A stretch of DNA of 64,000 nt, from NCBI GenBank assembly GCA_950097015.1, contig CATNEN010000002.1, positions 4,154,001 through 4,218,000 of the forward strand, given 5' to 3'. Under the pieces are notes generated by a model. The model was not told the origin of the DNA, did not search any database, and saw nothing but the letters and a program-made list of their open reading frames with translations. The position numbers and the translations under genes are program-made. Origin of the DNA: Macrostomum hystrix (taxonomy: Eukaryota > Animalia > Platyhelminthes). Numbering within the stretch: the first letter of the stretch is position 1; every line of letters begins with the position of its first letter. Shown one piece after another: positions 24,643 to 36,690 of the stretch.

Positions 24643-24660
24643 CTCTTACTCTCACTTTAT
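24365..24660. repeat. (CTCACT)n hexamer repeat
   Basis: Direct inspection. Confidence 0.97.
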
Positions 24661-25107
24661 CACCAATCTGGTAATTATCTCAGTTTAGCCATGTGAGCTA
24701 ATATTTGCGGTAAATGAATAACACATTTTTATTTAAACTAGAAAAACTGCAAGGAGGAGCAGCTCAGCTAGTTTCGCACGCCATTCGCTTGAGCAGTGAG
24801 ACCGCAGCCGAATCTGTTCGCGCATCCAGGCTAGCTTAGTCTGGATCAGGGATCTAAAATCCTGTCTGGCCCTAATCTTCTTTCGTTTGCCATTTCTACG
24901 TGCGAAAAAATATCTGGGGTGGGCTGAGCAAAGTTATCTGGATGTGCACGTCAATTGCCGGGCTTTGGGCGCGGCACGGCCAGTATTGGGATCTTTGGAT
25001 CTCGAGGCAGGGGATGCCACACCCTGACTGCGGCGTCAGAGATGGCGGCTAAAGGAATGCGAATTAGAATTAGTAGACGAAGTATGTGCCTCGATTACGG
25101 CTTCCCC

Positions 25108-25330
25108 ACATCCCATCCCATCCCATCCCTTCCCATCCAGTCCCATCCCATCCCATCCAGTCCCATCCCATCCCATCCCATCCCATCCCTTCCCATCCCA
25201 TCCCATCCCTTCCCATCCAGTCCCATCCCATCCCATCCCATCCCATCCCATCCCATCCCACCCCATCCCATCCCATCCCATCCCATCCCATCCCACCCCA
25301 TCCCGTCCCATCCCATCCCATCCCATCCAA
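25108..25330. repeat. (CCCAT)n pentamer repeat
   Basis: Direct inspection. Confidence 0.97.
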
Positions 25331-25814
25331 TGTGAGAGTGGGCGCATATCAGAGTAAATGAAGTGGCATCTGGTCTGTCCAATCTTGACAGCTCAGCTTG
25401 TTGAATGAATTCTGTTGTCAAGCAATCTTGGAGCCTGAATGAATTTTGTCCACGAAAAACATTTGGTGTTTTTTCACTGTTGACGCCAACTATTTCGGTT
25501 GTATTTAAGTCTGATTGGATTCCAGAAATTGCAGACACCGATAGCAGACACATTTGTCCAGGCTGTGGAACAGGCAGGACTGACGCATGGATACAATGGA
25601 GGGTGGTGGCGATTGCGGCAACCCAGATTGCAGACCAGACTGACTTTCACTACCCCATCTGGCTACTGCTCCAGGACTGCTTATATGTGTGTGTCTGCGT
25701 GTGTGTGCGCATGTTGATCGACCGGAAATCATGCCAGATGTCGCTTAATGAGAGAAAGCAATGAGATATTTGCGAATAAAGTAGAGGAGCTTGAAGGTGG
25801 AGATGGCGAGAGGC

Positions 25815-26100
25815 AGAGAAAGGGCGAGGGGTAGGGAAGGGCGAGGGGTAGGGAAGGGTGATGGGTAGGGAAGGGTGATGGGTAGAGAAGGGCGATGGGT
25901 AGGGAAGGGTGATGGGTAGAGAAGGGTAATGGGTAGGGAAGGGCGATGGGTAGGGAAGGGCGATGGGTAGGGAAGGGCGATGGGTAGGGAAGGGCGATGG
26001 GTAGGAAGGGCGATGGGTAGGAAGGGCAATGGGTAGGAAGGGCGATGGGTAGGGCAGGAGGAGGATGGAGGGTAGGCAGGAAGAGGGTGGAGGGTAGGCA
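25815..26100. repeat. 17 bp tandem repeat (GGGTAGGGAAGGGCGAT)
   Basis: Direct inspection. Confidence 0.95.
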
Positions 26101-26228
26101 TGGTAGTGAAGCTGGAAAGACAGGTTCAGAAGTGCCAAATGTGCAAGCTAAAGTACATTAGACACTGAGATAATTAAATGGTTTTCGCTATCTACGCTTT
26201 AGAAAGAAGCTAAAATATCTATTTTATC

Positions 26229-26385
26229 GATGAGAAAGTCAGGGCAGATGTACACACCTGTGTGAGCGTGTGCCTGCGTACAGTATCTGTGTGCGTGTGT
26301 ACTCAGGAGTCAGCGAAATGGGCAGAATTGCCTCCTCGCTGGCTGCGGGTCTAGTGTCACCAAACTATGTGTCATTGCCCGCAGC
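26229..26385 (+). mobile_element. SINE family A, 5'-truncated copy
   Basis: Near-identical to the 3' half of the 18872-19219 copy. Confidence 0.8.
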
Positions 26386-27049
26386 CCTCCTGCAATTATT
26401 ATTATTATTATTATCTATTTTATCGCCGTCAGACAAGAGGAAGTGCGGAAATTTGACTGGAAATTTCTCAAATTAAGATATTTTCTTCTGCTTTCAGAGA
26501 TTGCTAAGGAAAATGAGGCATAAAATTACGCAAGCAGACAGACAAGACGAGAGTAATTAAAGACTATTTTCAAAGGAATGAAATTCTGACTGGCAGATAC
26601 TTGATAGCGGCTCAATTAAATTGTGAAAGGTAATTTTTTGTCGACGAAAAAGAGAACATCAGTTGACAGTAAAAAAAGACTGCCAGGAAGTGGGAGACAG
26701 GGGAAGGAACAAGTGCTGAAGGTTCACATGGTGCCTCGGGCTTCCTGGGTTGTGACTGGCCTATCAGCAGCTCGCTAGCTGATTGGCTAGAAGACTGGAG
26801 TCCTGGAGTCTCCCCCCCAGTTGCCGTATTAAAGCAGGGCATGACTGGGATTCGCATGGCACACTTATTGAAAAACTGTCCTGAAAGAAGCGGCTGCAAG
26901 GATGCAAGAACACTTCACTGCCAGCAGTAGATGGGCCAGCGAATTGGTGAACACGACTTCTGCTGCGGCGATGGGCGCGGCAACTGCCACCATGGCTGGC
27001 GAAGACAGCATTGGAATCAATTTGAGTGAGTTGCGGCTCAGTGTGCGGT

Positions 27050-29665
27050 GAATACGGTGAATACTAGTGAATATCCAGTGAATATCCAGTGAATATCCAG
27101 TGAATATCCAGTGAATGTCTAGTGAATGTCTAGTGAATATCCAGTGAATATCTAGTGAATATCTAGTGAATATCCAGTGAATGTCTAGTGAATGTCTAGT
27201 GAATATCCAGTGAATATCTAGTGAATATCTAGTGAATATCCAGTGAATATCTAGTGAATGTTTAGTGAATGTCTAGTGAATATCCAGTGAATATCTAGTG
27301 AATATCTAGTGAATATCTAGTGAATATCTAGTGAATATCCAGTGAATATCCAGTGAATATCCAGTGAATATCCAGTGAATGTCTAGTGAATGTCTAGTGA
27401 ATATCCAGTGAATATCCAGTGAATGTCTAGTGAATGTCTAGTGCATATCCAGTGAATATCCAGTGAATATCCAGTGAATATCCAGTGAATGTCTAGTGAA
27501 TGTCTAGTGAATATCCAGTGAATATCTAGTGAATATCTAGTGAATATCTAGTGAATATCTAGTGAATATCCAGTGAATATCCAGTGAATATCCAGTGAAT
27601 ATCCAGTGAATGTCTAGTGAATGTCTAGTGAATATCCAGTGAATATCCAGTGAATATCCAGTGAATATCCAGTGAATATCCAGTGAATATCTAGTGAATA
27701 TCCAGTGAATATCCAGTGAATATCCAGTGAATATCTAGTGAATATCCAGTGAATATCCAGTGAATGTCTAGTGAATGTCTAGTGAATATCCAGTGAATAT
27801 CTAGTGAATATCTAGTGAATATCCAGTGAATGTCTAGTGAATATCCAGTGAATATCTAGTGAATATCCAGTGAATATCTAGTGAATATCTAGTGAATATC
27901 CAGTGAATGTCTAGTGAATGTCTAGTGAATATCCAGTGAATATCCAGTGAATATCTAGTGAATATCCAGTGAATATCTAGTGAATATCCAGTGAATATCC
28001 AGTGAATATCCAGTGAATGTCTAGTGAATGTCTAGTGAATATCCAGTGAATATCTAGTGAATATCCAGTGAATATCCAGTGAATATCCAGTGAATATCTA
28101 GTGAATATCCAGTGAATATCCAGTGAATATCCAGTGAATATCCAGTGAATATCTAGTGAATATCCAGTGAATATCCAGTGAATATCCAGTGAATGTCTAG
28201 TGAATATCTAGTGAATGTCTAGTGAATATCTAGTGAATATCTAGTGAATATCTAGTGAATATCCATTGAATGTCTAGTGAATATCTAGTGAATATCTAGT
28301 GAATATCTAGTGAATATCCAGTGAATATCTAGTGAATGTCTAGTGAATGTCTAGTGAATATCCAGTGAATATCTAGTGAATATCTAGTGAATATCTAGTG
28401 AATATCTAGTGAATATCCAGTGAATATCCAGTGAATATCCAGTGAATATCCAGTGAATGTCTAGTGAATGTCTAGTGAATATCCAGTGAATATCCAGTGA
28501 ATGTCTAGTGAATGTCTAGTGAATATCCAGTGAATATCCAGTGAATATCCAGTGAATATCCAGTGAATGTCTAGTGAATGTCTAGTGAATATCCAGTGAA
28601 TATCTAGTGAATATCTAGTGAATATCTAGTGAATATCTAGTGAATATCCAGTGAATATCCAGTGAATATCCAGTGAATATCCAGTGAATGTCTAGTGAAT
28701 GTCTAGTGAATATCCAGTGAATATCCAGTGAATATCCAGTGAATATCCAGTGAATATCCAGTGAATATCTAGTGAATATCCAGTGAATATCCAGTGAATA
28801 TCCAGTGAATGTCTAGTGAATGTCTAGTGAATATCCAGTGAATATCCAGTGAATGTCTAGTGAATATCTAGTGAATATCTAGTGAATAGCTAGTGAATAT
28901 CTAGTGAATATCTAGTGAATAGCTAGTGAATATCTAGTGAATATCTAGTGAATATCTAGTGAATATCCAGTGAATATCTAGTGAATGTCTAGTGAATATC
29001 CAGTGAATATCCAGTGAATATCCAGTGAATATCCAGTGAATGTCTAGTGAATGTCTAGTGAATATCCAGTGAATATCCAGTGAATGTCTAGTGAATATCT
29101 AGTGAATATCTAGTGAATAGCTAGTGAATATCTAGTGAATATCTAGTGAATGTCTAGTGAATATCTAGTGAATATCTAGTGAATATCTAGTGAATATCCA
29201 GTGAATATCTAGTGAATGTCTAGTGAATATCTAGTGAATATCCAGTGAATGTCTAGTGAATATCTAGTGAATATCTAGTGAATAGCTAGTGAATATCTAG
29301 TGAATATCTAGTGAATGTCTAGTGAATATCTAGTGAATATCTAGTGAATATCTAGTGAATATCCATTGAATGTCTAGTGAATATCTAGTGAATATCTAGT
29401 GAATGTCTAGTGAATATCTAGTGAATATCTAGTGAATGTCTAGTGAATATCCAGTGAATGTCTAGTGAATATCCAGTGAATATCTAGTGAATATCCAGTG
29501 AATATCCAGTGAATGTCTAGTGAATATCTAGTGAATGTCTAGTGAATATCCAGTGAATGTCTAGTGAATATCCAGTGAATATCTAGTGAATATCCAGTGA
29601 ATATCCAGTGAATGTCTAGTGAATGTCTAGTGAATATCCAGTGAATATCCAGTGAATGTCTAGTG
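27050..29665. repeat. 11 bp satellite (AGTGAATATCC / AGTGAATATCT / AGTGAATGTCT), about 235 copies
   Basis: Direct inspection. Confidence 0.98.
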
Positions 29666-30224
29666 GATATCTTTATCTTTAGTAATAGCTTTTCGTAATA
29701 GCTAGTTAGACCAGTAGAAAGTACCAATTCGGAGTACATAAAAATATACTTTAATGGTAATTAGAGGAGATTAGATGGAACACGTCATTCAGAATTAGTT
29801 TCAACTGTTCTGTGTTCATAAATCTTTCTTATCCCTGCATGGCTGGCCTTCAAGATTCACTGAGAGTGGCTCTCAATGCTTGGATGGCCCACGTGAGTTT
29901 GGCTATTAGACATAAAAGTCTAACCCAGAATACACTGACTGTCTGAACAAAGTCAGGCTGGCTTGATAATTTATTGTGTTGATGAACTATTGAAATCCCC
30001 CCAAATCGCTGCTGTATAGATTCTGTTAGATTGCGTGGGCGTAAACACTCACATTGATCGATAAATTCTCTGGGGCTGACTGAAAGTGGTCAGGTCTTGC
30101 AGTCGATCGTATTGGTATATGCCGTTTTTCATACTCCAACTTTTCTAAGAGATCAGGAGTCCGCAATATAGTGCAGCTTGCGGCTCAAAGAGGGAGGCAT
30201 AGAGAACACGTGCTGGGTTGACGC

Positions 30225-31885
30225 GGGAGAGATGAGATACGGGAGAGATGAGATACGGCAGAGATGAGACACTGGAGAGATGAGACACGGGAGAGATGAG
30301 ACACTGGAGAGATGAGACACGGGAGAGATGAGACACTGGAGAGATGAGACACGGGAGAGATGAGACACGGGAGAGATGAGACACGGGAGAGATGAGACAC
30401 GGGAGAGATGAGACACGGGAGAGATGAGACACGGGAGAGATGAGACACGGAATAGATGAGACACGGGAGAGATGAGACACGGGAGAGATGAGACACGGGA
30501 GAGATGAGATACGGGAGAGATGAGACACGGGAGAGATGAGATACGGGAGAGATGAGACACTGGAGAGATGAGACACGGGAGAGATGAGACACTGGAGAGA
30601 TGAGACACGGGAGAGATGAGACACTGGAGAGATGAGACACGGGAGAGATGAGACACGGGAGAGATGAGACACGGGAGAGATGAGACACGGGAGAGATGAG
30701 ACACGGGAGAGATGAGACACGGGAGAGATGAGACACGGAATAGATGAGACACGGGAGAGATGAGACACGGGAGAGATGAGACACGGGAGAGATGAGATAC
30801 GGGAGAGATGAGACCGGGAGAGATGAGACACGGGAGAGATGAGACACGGGAGAGATGAGACACGGGAGAGATGAGACACGGAATAGATGAGACACGGGAG
30901 AGATGAGACACGGGAGAGATGAGACACGGGAGAGATGAGACACGGGAGAGATGAGACACGGGAGAGATGAGACACGGGAGAGATGAGATACGGGAGAGAT
31001 GAGACACGGGAGAGATGAGACACGGGAGAGATGAGACACGGGAGAGATGAGACACGGGAGAGATGAGACACGGGAGAGATGAGACACGGGAGAGATGAGA
31101 TACGGGAGAGATGAGACACGGGAGAGATGAGACACGGGAGAGATGAGACACTGGAGAGATGAGACACGGGAGAGATGAGACACGGGAGAGATGAGACACG
31201 GGAGAGATGAGACACGGGAGAGATGAGACACGGGAGAGATGAGACACGGGAGAGATGAGACACGGAATAGATGAGACACGGGAGAGATGAGACACGGGAG
31301 AGATGAGACACTGGAGAGATGAGACACGGGAGAGATGAGACACGGGAGAGATGAGACACGGGAGAGATGAGACACGGGAGAGATGAGACACGGGAGAGAT
31401 GAGACACGGGAGAGATGAGACACGGAATAGATGAGACACGGGAGAGATGAGACACGGAATAGATGAGAAACGGAATAGATGAGACACGGGAGAGATGAGA
31501 CACTGGAGAGATGAGACACGGGAGAGATGAGACACGGGAGAGTTGAGACACGGGAGAGATGAGACACGGAATAGATGAGACACGGGAGAGATGAGACACG
31601 GAATAGATGAGACACGGGAGAGATGAGACACGGAATAGATGAGACACGGAATAGATGAGACACGGGAGAGATGAGACACGGAATAGATGAGACACGGAAT
31701 AGATGAGACACGGGAGAGATGAGACACGGAATAGATGAGACACGGGAGAGATGAGAGACGGGAGAGATGAGACACGGAATAGATGAGACCGGGAGAGATG
31801 AGACACGGAATAGATGAGACCGGGAGAGATAGGACACAGAATAGATGAGACCGGGAGAGATGAGACACGGAAGAGATAAGACAGA
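30225..31885. repeat. 16 bp satellite (GAGATGAGACACGGGA), about 100 copies
   Basis: Direct inspection; gives long periodic ORFs in all three minus frames. Confidence 0.98.
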
Positions 31886-32439
31886 TGATTAGTAGGAATC
31901 GAGATGAGACAGAGAGAGAGAGAGAGTAGATGTTGCAGGCGCGCGGTTCAGTTGCATTTCGAGTTGATTTAGCCGACCCCTATTTTATTAGGTTGGGTGA
32001 GACTTCGCAGTACAGATAAAAATGCGGAGAGTGCGTAAGTCAGAGACACTTGAAACAGCCGCCTACGCAAATGCCTTGTTAAGGAATTTCCCCACAGGAA
32101 GGTCCCACAATGGGAGGTTTTCTCGGCTTTGTCTTTCTTTAACAAAGAAGAATCGATGAAGTGAGAGAGACTGAGAGACGTGGAGGCCACTTGTAGTTTG
32201 TGGGTATACTAGAGTGAATTCGTTATGCAGTAACAACTGGTAGCTGCATATGCTGTGTAATTACATTGCTTCATTGCTTAGAAATGCTGAATTTGAAAGC
32301 CCAGTGCAGCTCCATGTACATGTAGCATGTGCAACAGGCACTGCGGTGTACATGTTGGAGTATTTGGACACTCAATGCAATTATTGGCAATGGATGCAGG
32401 CATTGGTGACGAAATTGTGGAGTTCAGTTGCTTCTCGTA

Positions 32440-32760
32440 GTTTCATAAGACATTGTATATTAGTGTCATAAGACATTGTATATTAGTGTCATAAGACATT
32501 GTATATTAGTGTCATAAGACATTGTATATTAGTGTCATAAGATATTGTCGATTTGTGTCATAAGACATTGCGGATTAGTGTCAGAGGACATTGTGGATTA
32601 GCTTCATAAGACATTGTGGATTAGTGTCAGAGGACATTGTGGATTAGTGTCAGAGGACATTGTGGATTAGTGTCATAAGACATTGTAGATTAGTGTCATA
32701 AGACATTGTAGATCAGTGTCATAAGACATTGTAGATTAGTATCAGAGGACATTGTGGATT
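32440..32760. repeat. 23 bp tandem repeat (TAGTGTCATAAGACATTGTATAT and variants)
   Basis: Direct inspection. Confidence 0.93.
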
Positions 32761-34500
32761 CGTGGATTCACGTGGCATTGTAGAATAGTTTGAATGATTT
32801 ATCTAAAGCAGTGAATGTAAATAAGGCAGTCACATTAAATGTGCTATAGTTTTTCATGTACAATATGCATTCACATGCAGAGAAGGTTTGGTAAGTACGC
32901 ATACATTTACATGCAGTTGTTTACCATTTTCAATTCTTGGAGCCTACAGGCAATTCCCAACCTAATTAATTGTGTAGCAGTTGTCTGCTTTTTGTTCCCG
33001 TTCAAAGAAAATTCCATTTATGAGAAGAACCGGATTCACGATAACTATCAATGGTCGGGGGTGATCTTGTGACCCATATTTCTGCTCAAGCAACGTGCGT
33101 CATAATCAAATACCTTTATTGTCGAAGAAGCAATTAGCGACTTGATTGCAGTTTAAATTCCCCTGCTAATGTAGCATCGTTTTCGTTTGTTAATTCAAAC
33201 TGACCTCGTCATAAATGTGAACTCACATTAACCTTCGGTGCGATCGTGCTACTCATTGTGGGTACTCAGTTTCGTAAAATCAATCTAGGGCAGACAAGGG
33301 CAGAGCGTGCGTGAAAAGTACAAAAAAATTGTAAAAATACTTAAAAAGGCCTCGAGATCAAAGCTAGGATGAAATGTGGCGGTAGTCTAGGCAAAAAAAT
33401 TAATTTCTTCCGCAGAATACAATCTTTTATTCGGCTTCATTTTGTCATTAAAGTTTATCTTTAGTACGTAGGACCTGTACCTGCAGTCCGTTAATGCTGC
33501 TTCATCAACTTTTAATAGTCTGAATTTTAAAAAGATATTTCGTGCAGTCATACTATTAGGTATACTTTCGATAACTTATTAAGTACTCTTTGAAAATTTC
33601 GAACAAAAAATTATGTAGACGAAGAAAGAGAATTAGGGATACATTTTTTTAATTTGACGAGAGCAGCTGAATCAATTGCTTATATTCTTTCAAGGGTATT
33701 AAATGTCATTTTTGGTCAAGCTGGCATTTATGCATCCTGAAGCATTTTCGATATCATGTCAGAGGTAATTTTTTATGTCAAAATCGTTTCTGTGAATTAC
33801 AGCCGGGTATATCTCTATATATATATATACATTATGATATAATTTTTAGTTTTTATGCATTCAGAATGCCGTTAAAACAAAAAATTTTTTTTAAATTTCA
33901 AAATAGTCTAAAATTGAGTGTCGTTTTATCATTTATATGTAAATAAATATATAAATAAATAAATAAACTTATATATATTTACCGAGTTATCTTTACCGAG
34001 TTAAAACTTTATAGAAATTTTTAATGATTTCCAAAAACTTTGTCCTGATTTTTATCTGCACGAACATTATGCGCAAGGAAAACCCGGAAGAATTTTATAT
34101 GAATGTTTAATTTAAAAGAAAAAAATGCCTGAGCTTTTTAATGTCTAATGCATCGAAATAATACATATGTACAGATACTCCTTGACTATAGCTATAGGCA
34201 ATAGGCAATCAAAAAGCTGTCAAAATAAAAAGTTCTTCCATATTTGAGATAATACAAAATTCAAATGAAAAAAAGGAAATCTAAACTCGCTGGACGAAAG
34301 TAAAAAAGCGTATATTTTATTTAAAAAAAGTGATGCAAGTCTGTGTCTTGGTATCTCTTGAATCATAAATATATATTTAAAATTATCATGTTTTTTTATT
34401 TGAGGAGTATATAAATGACTAAAACTAGCAGTAAGTTAATCAGGCTTGATCGAATTGCCTCACCTACCCGAATGCAGTCTGCGGTGTCAACGTGTCCAGC

Positions 34501-36247
34501 ATGGACAGCTCTGGTCCAGCAATTGGCGAGCGGGTTCTGACACTCATCTGCTACCTCCTAATAGTGCTGGTGGGTTTAATTGGCAACAGCTTGGTCCTGT
34601 TGGTCAGCATCCGAGCCAAGCACTACCGCCGGTCCACAGTTCACGCCTACATCCTGCACCTGGCTGTGGCTGACATGCTGTTCCTGGTGTTCTGCGTGCC
34701 CGTTCATGCCATCATCTACATGACGAACACCGGCTGGCCCCTCGGCGACTTCGGCTGCCGGTTCGTACACTTTGTCCAGTACCTCAACATGCAAGCCTCG
34801 GCCTCATTTTTAGTGGCCATGTCGCTCGATCGATATTTGGCCATCTCGGATCCGATGAGCAATCGCAGGAGGCGCGCCAAAGCTCAGGTAGTTCTCTATT
34901 TAGCGTGTCTAACAGGTTCCACTTTCTGTCTAACAGGTTCCGCTCCCTGCTAATAGGTTCTACTCACAAGTCTAACAGGTTCGACCCTCTGTCTAACAGG
35001 TTCCATTCTCCGTCTAATAGGTTCCACTTCCTGTCTAACACGTTCCACTTCCTGTCTAACAGGTTCGACCCTCTGTCTAACAGGTTCCATTCTCCGTCTA
35101 ATAGGTTCCACTTCCTGTCTAACACGTTCCACTTCCTGTCTAACAGGTTCGACCCTCTGTCTAACAGGTTCCACTCTCCGTCTAATAGGTTCCACTCTCA
35201 GTCCAACATGTTCCACTTTCTGTCCAACAGGTTCCACTCTCTGTCTAACAGGTTTCACCCTCTGTCTAACAGGTTCTGCTTTCTTTCTTTAAACCTTGCA
35301 GCCTTCTTTTTTCAGTCGAACATGTTCAGTTTTCTTAACACGTAAAGTTGAGATTAAGTTTTTCAACAGTGTGTTCACAAGTAGCATCGGCCTGTCGGTT
35401 TCTCTTACAGGCGGTTGCCGTTTGCCTATGGCTGCTGTCCAGTCTAATCGCATTGCCATGGCTTCTAACCTACCGCGTAATCAACCAAGTCTGCACCTTC
35501 GTCATCGCTAATGAGCGCCTAAAGTACACGCTGTTCCTCGGCCGGGTGATCCTCGGCTATGCCCTGCCGCTGCTGATGATCGGCTACTTCTCCAGCAGCA
35601 TGCTCTATCGGCTGTGGATATTCCGCCGGCCTGACTCCAGCAGCCAGACATTGCGAACTAAGCGCAAGGTAACCATCTTGGTCGTGTCTCTGGTGGCGTC
35701 ATTCCTAGCCTGCTGGCTGCCGTTACATTTTGTCGACCTGGCCAGCACCATGTTCCACTGCGTGCTACTCGGACAGCCGGCCACAGCGGATAGCATCTCG
35801 CGCTACGTGATCATCGCGCAGTGCGCCCAGATACTGGCCTACGTCAGTTCGTGCGTCAATCCCATCATCTACAATTTCTTGTCGGAGAATTTTCGTCGCG
35901 GATTTCGTCAGGTTCTGTCGCGAATTTGTCGCAGGCGCATCCGCGGCAGCCAGCAGGCGATGCCAATGATCTACTTGGGACAGCAGCAGCAAGAGCAGCA
36001 GCAGCAGGAGCAACAGCAGCAGCGGCGGCAGCGGCAGCGACAGCAGCTGCATGTTACAAATACTGTGAGAACAACTCAGCCAGGTACAAATACTGAGGAC
36101 AACAAATCGGGAAGGAGAATGAGAGACAGTAGCAAGAGCAGCAACAGCGCCAAGAGTGCCAGCAATCAGAGAAGAGACATTCGAATTGGCAACTGCACAC
36201 TCATGGGTACCACCAAGGCTGGCAGTAGTCAGACCCCGACGCCGTGA
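34501..36247 (+). CDS. Rhodopsin-family neuropeptide GPCR, galanin/allatostatin-A receptor-like; exons 34501-34887 and 35411-36247 (N-terminus may extend via an upstream exon)
   Basis: Seven TM segments; GLIGNSLV, LAVADMLFLVFCVP, WPLG..GC, SLDRY, CWLP, NPIIYNFLSENFR; phase-0 intron CAG|gtagtt...tcttacag|GCG. The ORF-track start at 34492 is GTG; first ATG is 34501. Confidence 0.9.
34905..35290. repeat. 21 bp minisatellite (CTGTCTAACAGGTTCCACTCT) filling the GPCR intron
   Basis: Direct inspection; about 18 copies. Confidence 0.95.
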
Positions 36248-36369
36248 ATGAGTTCATCTGACCTATTGGAATGAGAGACGAACTAACCATCGATCCATCG
36301 TGGTGAAGCACGATGAATGGATTGTTTTTTTCGGCGGTGGTAGGGTCAAAGCACGAGAGTCAGCGTACA

Positions 36370-36690
36370 GCGTAGGGGGTTGATGTATTGGGGCAGGGGT
36401 GTGAGGTCCAGTCTAGGGGTTTGATGTGTTGGGGCAGGGGTATGAGGCCCAGTGTAGGGGTTGGATGTGTTGTGGCAGGGGTATGAAGTCCAGTCTAGGG
36501 GTTGGATGTGTTGGGGCAGGGGTATGAAGTCCAGTCTAGGGGTTGGATGTGTTGGGGCAGGGGTATGAGGTCCAGTGTAGGGGTTTGATATGTTGGGGCA
36601 GGGGTATGAGGTCCAGTGTAGGGGTTTGATATGTTGGGGCAGGGGTATGAGGTCCAGTTTAGGAGTTTGATGTGTTGGGGCAGGGGTATG
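36370..36690. repeat. 41 bp G-rich tandem repeat just downstream of the GPCR stop
   Basis: GGGTTTGATGTGTTGGGGCAGGGGTATGAGGTCCAGTGTAG, about 8 copies. Confidence 0.93.

Noticed and set aside
26600-27040. Possible RTE-LINE C-terminal remnant (QFAGHL-like after a frameshift, minus strand)
   Set aside because: Too degenerate to support by eye
30145-31868. Three 550-570 aa ORFs on the minus strand
   Set aside because: They are translations of a 16-bp satellite lacking stops in all three frames; no coding signature
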